From positions 217,868,001-217,932,000 of the forward strand of contig OZ024742.1 of the NCBI GenBank assembly GCA_964016885.1: DNA of 64,000 bases, read 5' to 3'. Under the pieces are notes generated by a model. That model was given only the letters and a program-made list of their open reading frames with translations. It was not told where the DNA came from and ran no database searches. The translations under genes were made by a program, and so were the position numbers. Below, piece after piece: positions 1 through 12,394 of this stretch. The stretch comes from Eledone cirrhosa (taxonomy: Eukaryota). Position 1 is the stretch's first letter. Every line of letters starts with the position of its first letter.

Positions 1-252
1 CTTACTTAAATGTAAGTATGCATGTATACGTACATACATATATGTATACAGACGTACAGTAGCATGCACATATATATATATATATATACATATATACATA
101 CATATGCATAGAGGTACACATACATATATGCACGTATCAGTTTAGCGGCGCTAACGTCGCTTTGTTCGTTTGTAAACAAACTGTACAGCCTGAATTTATG
201 CCATACGGTGTTAAGGCAACCACGTCACCTTTTTGTTCAACACTGACACAGG

Positions 253-297
253 AACGATGTACTAGTTTCAAGCTTGTTAGCTATCATCAGCACCCTT
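253..297 (-). ncRNA. Minimal type I hammerhead ribozyme (inverted unit)
   Basis: Reverse complement reads aagggtg CTGATGA tagct-aaca-agctt GAAA ctag TA catcgtt; one stem I mismatch. Confidence 0.75.
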
Positions 298-749
298 TAC
301 CCATCTGCCAGATAGTTGAACGTTCGAAAGTATATACTTTCCTTATGAAAATTAACGGCTGAGCAGCCTAATTTGCATATTGAGTGAGTTAAATCGGTCA
401 GGCATACCGAAAACGATAAATTGAAACAAAATGAAAACGAAATTTCATTTCTCACTCTTAGTATGGCACTTACTTAAATGTAAGTATGCATGTATACGTA
501 CATACATATATGTATACAGACGTACAGTAGCATGCACATATATATATATATATACATATATACATACATATGCATACAGGTACACATACATATATGCACG
601 TATCAGTTTAGCGGCGCTAACGTCGCTTTGTCGTTTTCGGTATGCCTGACCGATTTAACTCACTCAATATGCAAATTAGGCTGCTCAGCCGTTAATTTTC
701 ATAAGGAAAGTATATACTTTCGAACGTTCAACTATCTGGCAGATGGGTA

Positions 750-794
750 AACGGTGCTGATGATAGCTAACAAGCTTGAAACTAGTACATCGTT
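750..794 (+). ncRNA. Minimal type I hammerhead ribozyme
   Basis: Stem I aacggtg/catcgtt, core CTGATGA (757-763), stem II agct/agct with a U.U at its base, GAAA (778-781), palindromic ACTAGT stem III, GUA cleavage triplet ending at 787. Confidence 0.85.
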
Positions 795-1205
795 CCTGTG
801 TCAGTGTTGAACAAAAAGGTGACGTGGTTGCCTTAACACCGTATGGCATAAATTCAGGCTGTTCAGTTTGTTTACAAACGAACAAAGCGACGTTAGCGCC
901 GCTAAACTGATACGTGCATATATGTATGTGTACCTGTATGTATATATGTATATATATATATATATGTGCATGCTACTGTACGTCTGTATACATATATGTA
1001 TGTACGTATACATGCATACTTACATTTAAGTAAGTGCCATACTAAGAGTGAGAAATGAAATTTCGTTTTCATTTTGTTTCAATTTATCGTTTTCGGTATG
1101 CCTGACCGATTTAACTCACTCAATATGCAAATTAGGCTGCTCAGCCGTTAATTTTCATAAGGAAAGTATATACTTTCGAACGTTCAACTATCTGGCAGAT
1201 GGGTA

Positions 1206-1250
1206 AAGGGTGCTGATGATAGCTAACAAGCTTGAAACTAGTACATCGTT
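1206..1250 (+). ncRNA. Minimal type I hammerhead ribozyme
   Basis: Same motif as 750-794 with a c>g change in stem I. Confidence 0.75.
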
Positions 1251-1673
1251 CCTGTGTCAGTGTTGAACAAAAAGGTGACGTGGTTGCCTTAACACCGTAT
1301 GGCATAAATTCAGGCTGTTCAGTTTGTTTACAAACGAACAAAGCGACGTTAGCGCCGCTAAACTGATACGTGCATATATGTATGTGTACCTGTATGCATA
1401 TGTATGTATATATGTATATATATATATATATATGTGCATGCTACTGTACGTCTGTATACATATATGTATGTACGTATACATGCATACTTACATTTAAGTA
1501 AGTGCCATACTAAGAGTGAGAAATGAAATTTCGTTTTCATTTTGTTTCAATTTATCGTTTTCGGTATGCCTGACCGATTTAACTCACTCAATATGCAAAT
1601 TAGGCTGCTCAGCCGTTAATTTTCATAAGGAAAGTATATACTTTCGAACGTTCAACTATCTGGCAGATGGGTA

Positions 1674-1718
1674 AACGGTGCTGATGATAGCTAACAAGCT
1701 TGAAACTAGTACATCGTT
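1674..1718 (+). ncRNA. Minimal type I hammerhead ribozyme
   Basis: Identical to 750-794. Confidence 0.85.
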
Positions 1719-1957
1719 CCTGTGTCAGTGTTGAACAAAAAGGTGACGTGGTTGCCTTAACACCGTATGGCATAAATTCAGGCTGTTCAGTTTGTTTACA
1801 AACGAACAAAGCGACGTTAGCGCCGCTAAACTGATACGTGCATATATGTATGTGTACCTGTATGCATATGTATGTATATATGTATATATATATATATATG
1901 TGCATGCTACTGTACGTCTGTATACATATATGTATGTACGTATACATGCATACTTAC

Positions 1958-2077
<120 letters not shown>

Positions 2078-2975
2078 ACGAAGGAAGTGTAGTAAGGAAC
2101 CAGGTGGACCATAATGCACGAGAGTTCTCGATACTTCGGACAGTAGTGTGGGTAATAGGAAAAGTGTCAGGACCCCGAGTTTAGATCTAGCTGTCGAAAC
2201 GGCCGGAGCTCAGCCGTCGGGGTCCTGACTCTTTTCCTTATGGCCATTATAACCTATGTTTATTGCTCTGGCCTCTTTTGGTCCATGGAACGCTTGCCAG
2301 CATAACTCGGAAATTGCGTTTCGCTTATTTCTACCCGTCGAAATACGATTCTCACTGAATTTATATTTGTATTAATCTCCTGAGTCTAACAATTAACCAG
2401 TTTTTTTTTTTTTTTTAGATAATTCTATTGACTGATTAATTGCTTAAGTTTATTTTAAAAACTACCCGGTCGAGAGCTTAATTCGATTTGTGCTGTTTTG
2501 CAATTTTTGCATTGATTTATACATACTGAATTCATTTGCCAAAATCTGGGGTTTTCTCCCCTGTGGAGTTACACAAGTGCTTTCACTACTACAAAACACT
2601 ATGTGATCCACAACGCTGCCACAGAACAAAATACCTGTTGATAAAGTGACAGCCTTGTTCGATCATTATACCAAAAGCTTATTATTTTAAGCAGACAGTA
2701 TTATTGATTTAGGTGTCACAGAAACCCTGTACTGGATTATACCATCATTTCCAGGGGTCTGGGTGAATATTTCATTTATTTTGTTTGACCCGTTAAGCTT
2801 GCCTCGTTTTTTTGGCTTGGGTGGTTGATAGCTTCTTAACCGCCGTCTCAGTTTGTATGGCCTTTATAACCTATGTTTATTGCTCTGGTCTCTTTTGGTC
2901 CATGGAGCGCTTGTCAGCATAACTCGGAAATTGCATTTCGCTTATTTCTACCCACCGAAATACGATTCTCGCTGA

Positions 2976-2982
<7 letters not shown>
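2078..2982 (+). mobile_element. Probable non-autonomous PLE remnant with ~125-bp direct repeats (pLTR-like)
   Basis: 2241-2365 is repeated with divergence at 2858-2982. (TA)n on both sides. The 5' part is homologous to the reverse complement of 6521-6622. Confidence 0.5.
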
Positions 2983-3036
<54 letters not shown>

Positions 3037-3375
3037 AATTTTAGCACAGTATCAACGAATCTTTTGGGTGCAGCCAAGCTAACGAATGCAGTTTCGGTGT
3101 GCAGCTAAGTACTCAATAGGGAATAATCCCTAGAGTTATAACATTACGTTTAGACAGCTTTGCAAATCAAATACAGCGACCGATAGATGGGCCGCAGTGA
3201 CCATAGCGACGAAGAAAACCGAACTCAGGAAAAATTTTTGACTGACCTGGACCATCGCGTTAATATCATAGACTATATATATATATACTCTTTTACTCTT
3301 TTACCTGTTTCAGCCATCCGGCTGAGGCCATGCTGGGGCACCGCCCTTGGAATATATATATATATATATATATAT

Positions 3376-3790
3376 AGTTAAAACTTAGACGGGAACAAAA
3401 ATAGAGAGGCAGTACAAATAAGAGTTTATTAGGTTCACGCTTTTGAGAGTGGGGGGGGGGGGGGAACGACGTTTCGTGTGGATTCCGGAGGCTGAGTGTG
3501 TATATGTGGGCATGCGCACGTGTGTGTTTGTGTTTTTACTTGGTGTAGATGTAGGTGGCGTGGTTCGAAAAAAATGTGAGTGTTTGTTTGTGGGTAAGTT
3601 CCTAAAGTTGTTCCGAGGAGTGTGCGATGAGATGCTGGATATTTCTCATGTTATAGAGTGGATAGCTGGAACGATGACCGGGGGTGTGGAATCCATTAGT
3701 TGTGGTGGTCGGAAGTGGAGAGATGTGGGGTGCGCGCGCAAAAGGAAGTGGTCAGAGGGTCAAGGCAGGGTGAAGAGAGAGCAGTAGAGG
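3376..3790 (-). mobile_element. PLE 3' fragment (GIY-YIG C-terminus-like plus tail)
   Basis: Minus-strand SDHFLLRAH...AIHSI...N peptide resembles a GIY-YIG C-terminus. Partial hammerhead GAAACGTC near 3467. Ends at (TA)n. Confidence 0.4.
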
Positions 3791-4499
3791 AGGATGACAG
3801 GTGGAGTAATGGTCTGTTGTGGTGAGGACTGTGTGTCTGTGTGTGCGGAGGAGCGGTGGACAGGGGAGAGGATGGGTAGGTGTGAAAGGTAGAGGGGCAA
3901 GGTGGTGATGTGGGGGGATGGGGTTATATTAGTAGAGGTGTTAGTGGGGTGTGTGTTTGTGAAGGGCTGTAGATGGAGCGGGGAGAGGGAGAGGGAGAGA
4001 AAAGGTGTTGGGGACGGAGGAGGGAGTGTAGTGTACTGGTGTGTGTGTGTGTGTTTGGATGAGTGTGTGTTTGTGGTAGAGGGGGTGTTAGTGGGTTTTA
4101 GTATTCCTGGTGGTGGGGAAAGGATTAAATGCGGGTGTGTAAAATGGGGGTTAGTGGTGGTTGGGTGTGTGGAGTGTGTGGTGTACGTAGGTGTGGGTGG
4201 GTGTGTGTGATGGTGTGTGTTCCTGTGCGTGGGGTTGGGGGGATGTTAGTGATATTAGTTGTGGGGTGGTCGGAGTGGATGTGTGGGTGAGGGTTAGTGG
4301 TGGTAGTAGGGTGTATGGATAGTGTGAGTGCGTGTATATATGTACAGGTGGGTGGGTGCGCGGTTGTTAGGGGAAGGGGTGGGGATGTTAGTATTGATAG
4401 TTGTGGGTGGGCCAAGGGGGTGGGGCGGTGAAAAGGAGGAGTGTGTTAGTGGTGTTAGTGGGGAATGTGTGGGGGGAAAGGTGGGCAGTCGAAGGCTAA

Positions 4500-6515
4500 A
4501 GGAATAGGGGTGGGGAGTTCAGGCCGGGGGTGTATGGGTCTGTAGGGTGAAGATGGTCTGTTGTTCGACCGTGAGGCGGGTGGCGGGTGTTCCATGGCAT
4601 TGGAGTAGGCCACAGACTGTGAGGTGGTGGGCGGAATGTCCAGGGGAGCCAAAATGGCGGGCGATGGGGGAACTCCCGCCGAGACGAATATCCCGGAGGT
4701 GTTCAGTGAAACGGTCTACCAGGCGACGTCCAGTCTGTCCGACGTAGGTTGCGCCTAGGACACAGAGAGAGTGGCCGTTGCGACCCTGGAAGGTGGTGGT
4801 GTTGGTGATATGGGGGCAGGTGAGGCAGCGAGGCCTGGAGCAGGGAATGGAACCGGGAGGGGGGGGGGGCAGAAGAGCGTGAGTTGGGGGTTAGGGAGTT
4901 GCGGACGAGGAGGGTGCGGAGATTGCGTGCGCGTTTGAAGGAGGGGAGGGTGGGGATGGGAAGATAGGGGAGGTGGAGGGGTCGGACTGGAGGCGTCGAA
5001 AGAAGCGGAGGATGGTGCGGTGGAGGGGTAGTAGGTGATGGGGAAGGGGAGACGGTGGGTGGGGTGAGGGCGGTGGAGCGGTGGACAGCACGGGCGCTAG
5101 TGAGGGCGGTGTGGACGGGATGGGGGGGGGGACCTCTCCGGATGAAATGGCTGACTAGGGAAAGGGCCTAGGACTGAAAGTCAGCATCTCGGCTGCAGAG
5201 GCGGCGGATCCGGAGGAGTTGGGAGTGGGGAATAGAGTGTTTTGTGTGTGTAGGGTGGGAGGAGGTGAAGTCGAGGTAGGAGTAGGAGGAGGTGGGTTTG
5301 AAGAAGGCGGTGGTGACGAGGGAGTGGTGGGAGGGGTCGATGGCGACGGAGATGTCTAAGAAGTGGACGTGGGTGGTGGAGATAGAGGTGGTTTACTGGA
5401 GGGAGAGGTGGAAGGAGCAGAAGAAGGAGAGAAAGGAGTCGAGCTGTTCTCGGGTGAGGGTCGTGGCTTCGATACAGTCGTCGATGTAACGACCGTACAG
5501 TTTGGGCGTGGGGCCGGTGTACGGGACAAAGATTTGGGCCTCAACATGGCCAACGAGAAGGTTGGCATAGTTTGGGCCCATTCTTGTGCCCATGGCTACC
5601 CCCCTAACCTGTTGGTAAAACTCACCCGAGAAGGAGAAGCAGTTGAGGGTGAGGACCAGCTCGGTGAGGCGAAGGTGGGTGGGGATGGAGGGGATGAGGG
5701 AGGGGCGAAAGTCGAGGTAGTGCCGGAGGGCACGTAGGCTGTCGGCGTGACGGATGACAGTATAGAGGGACTTGATATCTAGGGTGAAGAGGAGGCGGTG
5801 TGGGCCGGATGGGAAAGTGAGGGAGTCAAACAGGTGAAGGGCGTGGTTGGTGTCGGAGATGTGAGAGGGGAGGGTGGTGACGAGGGGGGCGAGGATGGAG
5901 TCAAGCAAGGTGGAGATGAGTTCTGTGGGGCAGGTGCAAGCGGAGACGATAGGGCGGCCGGGGTTGTCGGGTTTGTGGAGTTTGGGGAGGAAGTAGATAG
6001 TGGGGGTGCGGAGGGTGAGGACGATGAGGTGGGATGCGGTGGGAGGGAGGAGGGAGGAGGAGACAAGGTGTTGGTAGAGGGGTGTGAGGTCGGAGGGTAG
6101 AGGGCGTTAGAAGAGGGGGTTTCGGAGCTGCCTGAGGGATTCGGCCGTGTCATATATCTCGAGGGTATTGTCCGGCAAATCACCACGGCGCCTCCTCGAT
6201 GGTATTGTCCGGCAAATCACCACGGCGCCTCCCTTGTCCGCCGGTTTGATGACGATGTCATCTCGGCTACGGAGGGAGCGGAGAGCGAGGAGTTCGCCCC
6301 GTGTAATGTTATGCCGTTTGGAACGGTGGCGGAAGTCGAAGCGATTTACTGCGCTACGGCTGGCGTTGACGAACGTGTCCAGGGTTCTAAATTGCCCTGG
6401 TGCCGAAGTCCAAGACGATGGTCGTCGGCCCAGGGCGAGAAACGGGTCTGGCGTGTTCGGAGCCGGTGGGGTTTGATGAAAATGTGCCTGTAGCTTCGTG
6501 CGTCGCACGAATCGG
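4500..6515 (-). pseudogene. Penelope-like element (Neptune-like) RT plus GIY-YIG endonuclease, disrupted
   Basis: KPADKGGAVV, LFTLDIKSLYT, QQVRGVAMGTRMGPNYANL, RYIDD, the CSRPRCLTCPHI Zn-finger linker and YVGQTGRRLVDRFTEH lie in minus-strand frames, broken by stops and frameshifts. Confidence 0.9.
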
Positions 6516-6619
6516 ATATATATAGGTAAAGGTTCAGGGCCCCGACGGCAGAGCTCAAGCCGTTTCGACGGCTATTTCTGGATTCCAGAAAGTATCGAGT
6601 TCCTTACCACACTTCCCTC

Positions 6620-6696
<77 letters not shown>

Positions 6697-6824
6697 AAAA
6701 TGGAGCGCTGCGTGGTTGCACATGGGTTACATATGAATAAAATTAGTCCTTCATCAGTGATCTTCCAACTTTCATTGGTATTTCATCGCTTTTAAAATCA
6801 TATACCTCTGGTTGGTGCGAGCAA

Positions 6825-7772
6825 TCTATATATATAAAACTGTGGTTGTCTGTCTGTCTATCGATTTTTGGCACACATCTCCTCTTAGAATCTCTCACGG
6901 AATTGCACCGAAATTGCTATACTTGTACATTGAGCCCTAGCGAAGACATCGGAAAAAAAATATTTCAAATTGACCCACCTTATGTGACGAAATCGAATAT
7001 AATGTATCGATTTTTGAGCGTAAGTTATCAGTTATTTCCCTTTGTTCTGTTTACATTGAGCGTCTTACGTAAAAAATTACGCTGGCTTTCTCAGCGTTTA
7101 AAATGACATTAACACAATACGCGAACAGTTGTGGAACCAGCAAAATATTGACCTGCAAAATTCATCAGTTCGAACACTAAGCTTCCGTTTTGCTTCATTT
7201 CCATTTAAAAGCATTTTAAAACAATATTTTTACTTGAAAACAAGTCTATTTAAAGACTACGTAAAACAAGCAAATATTTTGTCGTTAGGCGTGCAGACAG
7301 ACAGTCGTGCAGACAGACAGTCGTGCAGAGAGGTGATATACGCGTGCAGACAGACAGTCGTGCAGAGAGGTGATATAGGCGTGCAGACAGACAGTCGTGC
7401 AGAGAGGTGATATAGGCGTGCAGACAGACAGTCGTGCAGAGAGGTGATATAGGCGTGCAGACAGACATAACTGATAATTTGGTTACGCTAATGTTTTTCT
7501 CTGCGTTGCAGTGTTTACATTTTCGATCTTTGTTAATAAATAACCAGTGCAGTTTCTATCCCCAGCATCCTCTTTTGTTATAACATTCGGGTTATCGTTA
7601 TGTTTTCTTAACTTCATAAGGCATATTGTTGGTTGAGGGAATATTAATCAAAAACACCACATGCAAGTCTGCACAGTAGACACTACAGTTTTTAAGCCAA
7701 GAAAGAAACTTAACATTGTAACTTTAACACAGCTACTGAGCGACCCCGAGCAACGCCGGGCTTTACTGCTAG
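6825..7772 (+). mobile_element. Non-autonomous Helitron
   Basis: 5' TCTATATATATAAAA and (TGTC)n; 3' hairpin cccgagcaacgccggg followed by CTAG; inserted between A and T with no TSD. Confidence 0.8.
7288..7467. repeat. 37-bp minisatellite inside the Helitron
   Basis: gcgtgcagacagacagtcgtgcagagaggtgatatag repeated about 4-5 times. Confidence 0.9.
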
Positions 7773-7934
7773 TAACAAATAAAGTTATTGGGACAAGTAA
7801 AATAGGGTGAAACGAGCGAGACATGTAAACAAACAACGATGGTATGGCAACTGAAAGATAGGAAGAGACAAGCACATGAAATCTGTAAGCTTAAGCTTGG
7901 TGAATTCATGGGCGAGAGATACAGACCATACAGT

Positions 7935-8012
7935 CATCGCCCGGTCCAGGAATCGAACTCACACCCTCACAGTACTGAATCCAATTCTCTTACTACTCAG
8001 CCACATGCCTTC
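7935..8012 (-). mobile_element. tRNA-derived SINE head fragment
   Basis: Minus-strand A box tggctgagtag and B box gagttcgattcc; homologous to 62590-62720 and 63429-63760. Confidence 0.7.
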
Positions 8013-8235
8013 ATATGTATTTAAGGAGTGTACTGTAGGTTCACCATAGTCTGGCCAGATTGGATCTTGAGCTGATCAATCGCGAAACGCGCGTCACAAC
8101 TCGATAAACGAAGACCTAACAGTTCGTCCTTTTTATTATTTTTAGTAAAACCAATGCCTACTCATACATCTGAACATCTTCACTACATATTCCCTCATAA
8201 ATTTTCTCTTATCACAGTCATATATCTCGAGGGTA

Positions 8236-8430
8236 TTGTCCGGCCGTTTCCTCTTCGTATTGGTTGCTGTCGCGATCTCAGGCATACTTGGGCCTCGCAC
8301 TGCCGAGCTCCTCCGCAAGATCGGAACGTCAGCGGCCCATCTTAGGAAGGAGCCCCGTGAGGTAGGGTGGTTGTTGCAGCGGGTGTCGCTGGCCATTGTC
8401 CGCGGGAATGCTTTTGCTTTTGACGCAGCC
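8236..8430 (+). mobile_element. CRE-clade non-LTR retrotransposon 3' fragment (restriction-like endonuclease end)
   Basis: FLFVLVAVAISGILGP...REVGWLLQRVSLAIVRGNA matches the CRE C-terminal pattern. Confidence 0.7.
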
Positions 8431-9199
8431 CCTTTATCACCGCGCCCTAGGCCCAGAGCCCAATCATCCTCCCCCTCCCCATTCTTCTGTGACACTAGAG
8501 TCTTTGCCTTTCCCTTCCTTTTCCGTTTTTTTTTCATATTTTCTTATTTTACATTCCATGCTTTCTTCCCAATCTAAATGTTCTTTCTTTCTTATTCTAT
8601 TAAATTGTTTTTACTAAGATTTAAATAAAGCTTTACCAATCTAGACTTCAACAAGCCGCCGCTTTCACTGTATCACAATATATTGACGCTTATAAGGCAC
8701 CTTATCGTTTTACCACATCATTCCTTTCACAAATTTCTTCTACACTTCAAACCTCCATAAATTTCTCATTTTAGTATTGATTATTAGCCCTTCCCATATG
8801 TACCACCCTTCCCGACCTCTAGCCTCTCCTTTTCTATTCTAGTTGGATAGCCTCTCTTTATTGGTTGATTGTTTCATTGTTGTTTATTGTTTCGCCCCTG
8901 ACTGACCAAGCGCTAACTAACTACGAACACCAATTTTAGTATTGGTTTTCCATCTATACCTAATGATCCATGCGCATCACTCACTGGTTAATTTCAAGCA
9001 CACTGACCAACCCGAATTTACACTGGTTAACACATGTAGCTATTACATGTTTATATGATGGTTGCAAGTTCAAACGAATGTATGTATAAATATACGTATC
9101 CGTAAGTTTGTAAACTAAGGTGTATGTATGGTGATACATATGCGTGTATGGGTGGACAGGTAGGGGGGTATATGTCTAAGAACTTCTATATAAGCATGA

Positions 9200-9990
9200 A
9201 TATACAAACTCAAATTAAATATTAAGATAGTTGAAAGACCAGGTATTCCCATAAAAACCCTAATTAGCAAAACATACCCATTTCAAAGATCCCCCTGTGC
9301 TGATAGGAAATGCATAGTCTGCAAGCTGAGTCCGCAAATTAACTGCAAAACTAGGAACGTATTATATAGCATAATATGTACTGAGGGACAGTGTAGGAAT
9401 AAGAACATAACATACATAGGTGAAACAGCCCGTAACATAGGAGAAAGGGTAGGTGAACACTGGTGAGAACTCCAGGATGGCAAAAACTCATCAGTAATCC
9501 ATCAATATGCCAAAATAGAACATAGGAGCACATTAGAGAACATTAGAAAAAAATTATATCCACACACAGAACAGATGCAATGCTCAGACAAATCACAGAG
9601 GCAATAAATATAAACGAACTCCAATCAAAATTAAACAGAAAACATGAGTAGAATAGCAACATCACAACGAGTAATTAAGGACAAAATGAAGACACAAAAA
9701 AAAAAAAGAAATAACAAAACCAATCAAACACACACAGATAGAACAAACGACCAACTAGTGACAAGTAAATAAACACATAAATAAATTAAAACATACACAC
9801 GGATGTAACGCATGCGCAAACTAACCACACAACACACAATACACAAAAACGAAATAGTGTAGGACAGAACAAAGGAGTGACACACAAAATAAAGACCTTG
9901 TCACTGAGGAGGTCACAAAATATGTGACGAAAGAGCTTTGACAATATATAAACAACCTTCGGATTATCGAACCAACCAACCAACCAGAAA
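9200..9990 (+). mobile_element. PLE 3' fragment: GIY-YIG endonuclease, 3'UTR and hammerhead
   Basis: CADRKCIVC...NVLYSIIC...YIGETARNIGERVGEH...RQITEAINI...LNRKHE, with a hammerhead downstream. Confidence 0.8.
9898..9944 (+). ncRNA. Minimal type I hammerhead ribozyme of a PLE
   Basis: ttgtca CTGAGGA g gtcaca-aaata-tgtgac GAAA gagc TT tgacaa; perfect 6-bp stems I and II. Confidence 0.75.
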
Positions 9991-10014
9991 TTTATAATAA
10001 ATTGAAGTGAAAAT

Positions 10015-10134
10015 CAACAGGTGCGTGTGTTTGTATTGGCAACATGACCCTCCCAAAGTATAACAATATCTGTTTCAACACACCTTTTCAGATAAGAAAT
10101 CTCGCAAAACAAATTCAAAAACGAAATATATATC

Positions 10135-10186
<52 letters not shown>

Positions 10187-10334
10187 CGCACACACACACA
10201 CACACATATATATAGATATATATTTCGTTTTTGAATTTGTTTTGCGAGATTTCTTATCTGAAAAGGTGTGTTGAAACAGATATTGTTATACTTTGGGAGG
10301 GTCATGTTGCCAATACAAACACATGCACCTGTTG
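10015..10334. repeat. ~320-bp near-perfect palindrome centred on (TG)n(CG)n(CA)n
   Basis: 10015-10145 is the reverse complement of 10207-10334; the ORF track gives the same peptide start on both strands. Confidence 0.95.
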
Positions 10335-10574
10335 GTTATCACTGTGTGTGTCTAATTTAATAGCATTACAGACAATAAATCAATCCACAGTTGTATAAAT
10401 AGCGTTGCAAATATTGATGGAGATCTGAAAGAAAAAGAAAAAAAGGAAAAAAAGGAAATGATAAAAACGAAACCAGGCAGCGAACAGGGGGGGGGGGCAG
10501 ATCTGACTGTATAGGGAAGTAGGAGAAAGAGCTATAAAGGCCATAAATGAGAGGAAAAGTAGGGAAAAAAGCAA

Positions 10575-10810
10575 GGACTATGAGGTCACGGGATTCCTTC
10601 CTCAGACGGGCTGCTGACGATCCGATTTTATGGAGGAGCTCGGCAATATGGAGTCCGAGGACGCCTGAGGTCTCGATAGTGACCGGTGCGAAGAGGCGGC
10701 GGCGGAACAAGCCCCGGTATTTGCTTGTCTTCCTTTCCTCTGCATTGCGGGCCGCAATACCGGGGTTTGTAGCCGAAACGACCAAGTTGGAGACGGAGAA
10801 CGTCCTCAGT
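10575..10810 (-). mobile_element. CRE-clade 3' fragment
   Basis: AARNAEERKTSKYRGL...FAPVTIETSGVLG...LHKIG...RKESRD. Confidence 0.7.
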
Positions 10811-11009
10811 AGGAGTGTGTAAACGTCATTGAAGATGGATAAGAGTCCTGAAGTACTAGTGTCTAGCGTTCTCACACGACTACCGAAGTAGCTGCGACAT
10901 GATCACAGCTCAAAATACCTATAGTTACACTTAGGTATGTTATAAAAATGCTTTCATGTTCACATCTAGTATGAATCATGTTATGTTAATGCTGCAGCTT
11001 TGAAACTTA

Positions 11010-11104
11010 GTTACACACACACACAAACACACATATTGTGTATGCGTTGCTTCTATGTATGTGTGTATACATACATACACACACACACACATATATATAT
11101 ATAT

Positions 11105-11164
<60 letters not shown>

Positions 11165-11239
11165 AGAGAAAGTGAGAGACCCACAGACAGATACATACAC
11201 ACACACACACACATATACATATATATATATATATATTGA

Positions 11240-11284
<45 letters not shown>

Positions 11285-11411
11285 AGAGAGAAAGAGAGAA
11301 AGTGAGAAACCCACAGACACACACACACACACATATATATGTATGTACATGTAGATATAGAAAAGGATAGATAGATAGGTAGTTAGATAGATAGATAGAT
11401 AGATAGGTAGT

Positions 11412-11486
<75 letters not shown>

Positions 11487-11515
11487 ATAGGTAGATAGAG
11501 ATAGATAGATAGATT
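11010..11515. repeat. Compound (CA)n/(TA)n/(GA)n/(GATA)n microsatellites
   Basis: Direct reading. Confidence 0.9.
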
Positions 11516-11908
11516 ATACACTATAGAAATTTCTGCCTCAGCAATATCCTGCCTGCTTAAGTCAAAATACACCGTACAGTTTACTGAATAAAGTAATCTC
11601 AGATAACTTAATATCCCCTTTTTATCCATACGCTTCTCCAGCTTCATTAGAACTAATTACATGAACAAATATAGACGTAGTCGCCGTGAACGCTCTATTG
11701 AACTGCCATATGCCTTCGGCATATTTTCTTCCATCTTTTTCTCTGGAACATATGTTTTTTTTACCATCCACTAAGACTTTATGGCAGTTCAAGAGGTTTT
11801 CAATTCTATTTTAGTGCATTTTATCAACCCATAATCATAATAAAACAATATTCGCTTTATTATACTACACACAACTCCCTCTTTACATATCCGCATCACC
11901 CCCACCCC

Positions 11909-11940
<32 letters not shown>

Positions 11941-12180
11941 TACACCCTCTCTCTCTCTCTCCCACACACACACACATACCCCCCTCTATCACACACACAT
12001 ACCCCCCCCCTCTCTCACTCACACACACACCGACATACACAAATATCTATGCATATATATACATAACAAGACTGTTTTTGCAACTCTGCGTTTGTCTCGT
12101 TTATTATTGAGGTTTCGGCATATATTTAGCAAGCCTTCTAAGCCGAAACCACTAGGCGTCGCGGTCGGGCTTTACTTTCC

Positions 12181-12287
<107 letters not shown>

Positions 12288-12394
12288 ACACATACACACA
12301 CACACGCACAAGTAATGTTAAATATTTACATATACACTTGGATCGCTGCTATGCAGAGCAGTACCTGCCCGGTGGTCAAAGACAACGGCCACCG

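Noticed and set aside
3790-4500. GT-rich stretch with ORFs and G-quadruplex potential
   Set aside because: Low-complexity 3' region of the minus-strand PLE; no independent feature.
6745-6765. Minus-strand CTGATGAaggac hammerhead start
   Set aside because: No GAAA or stem III follows; only a fragment.
7288-7467. CRISPR-like periodic repeat
   Set aside because: Contiguous minisatellite without unique spacers, in eukaryotic DNA with no cas genes.
8060-8100. gaaacgcgcgtc hammerhead-like stem III
   Set aside because: CUGANGA core and stem I are degenerate, so it is not called as a ribozyme.
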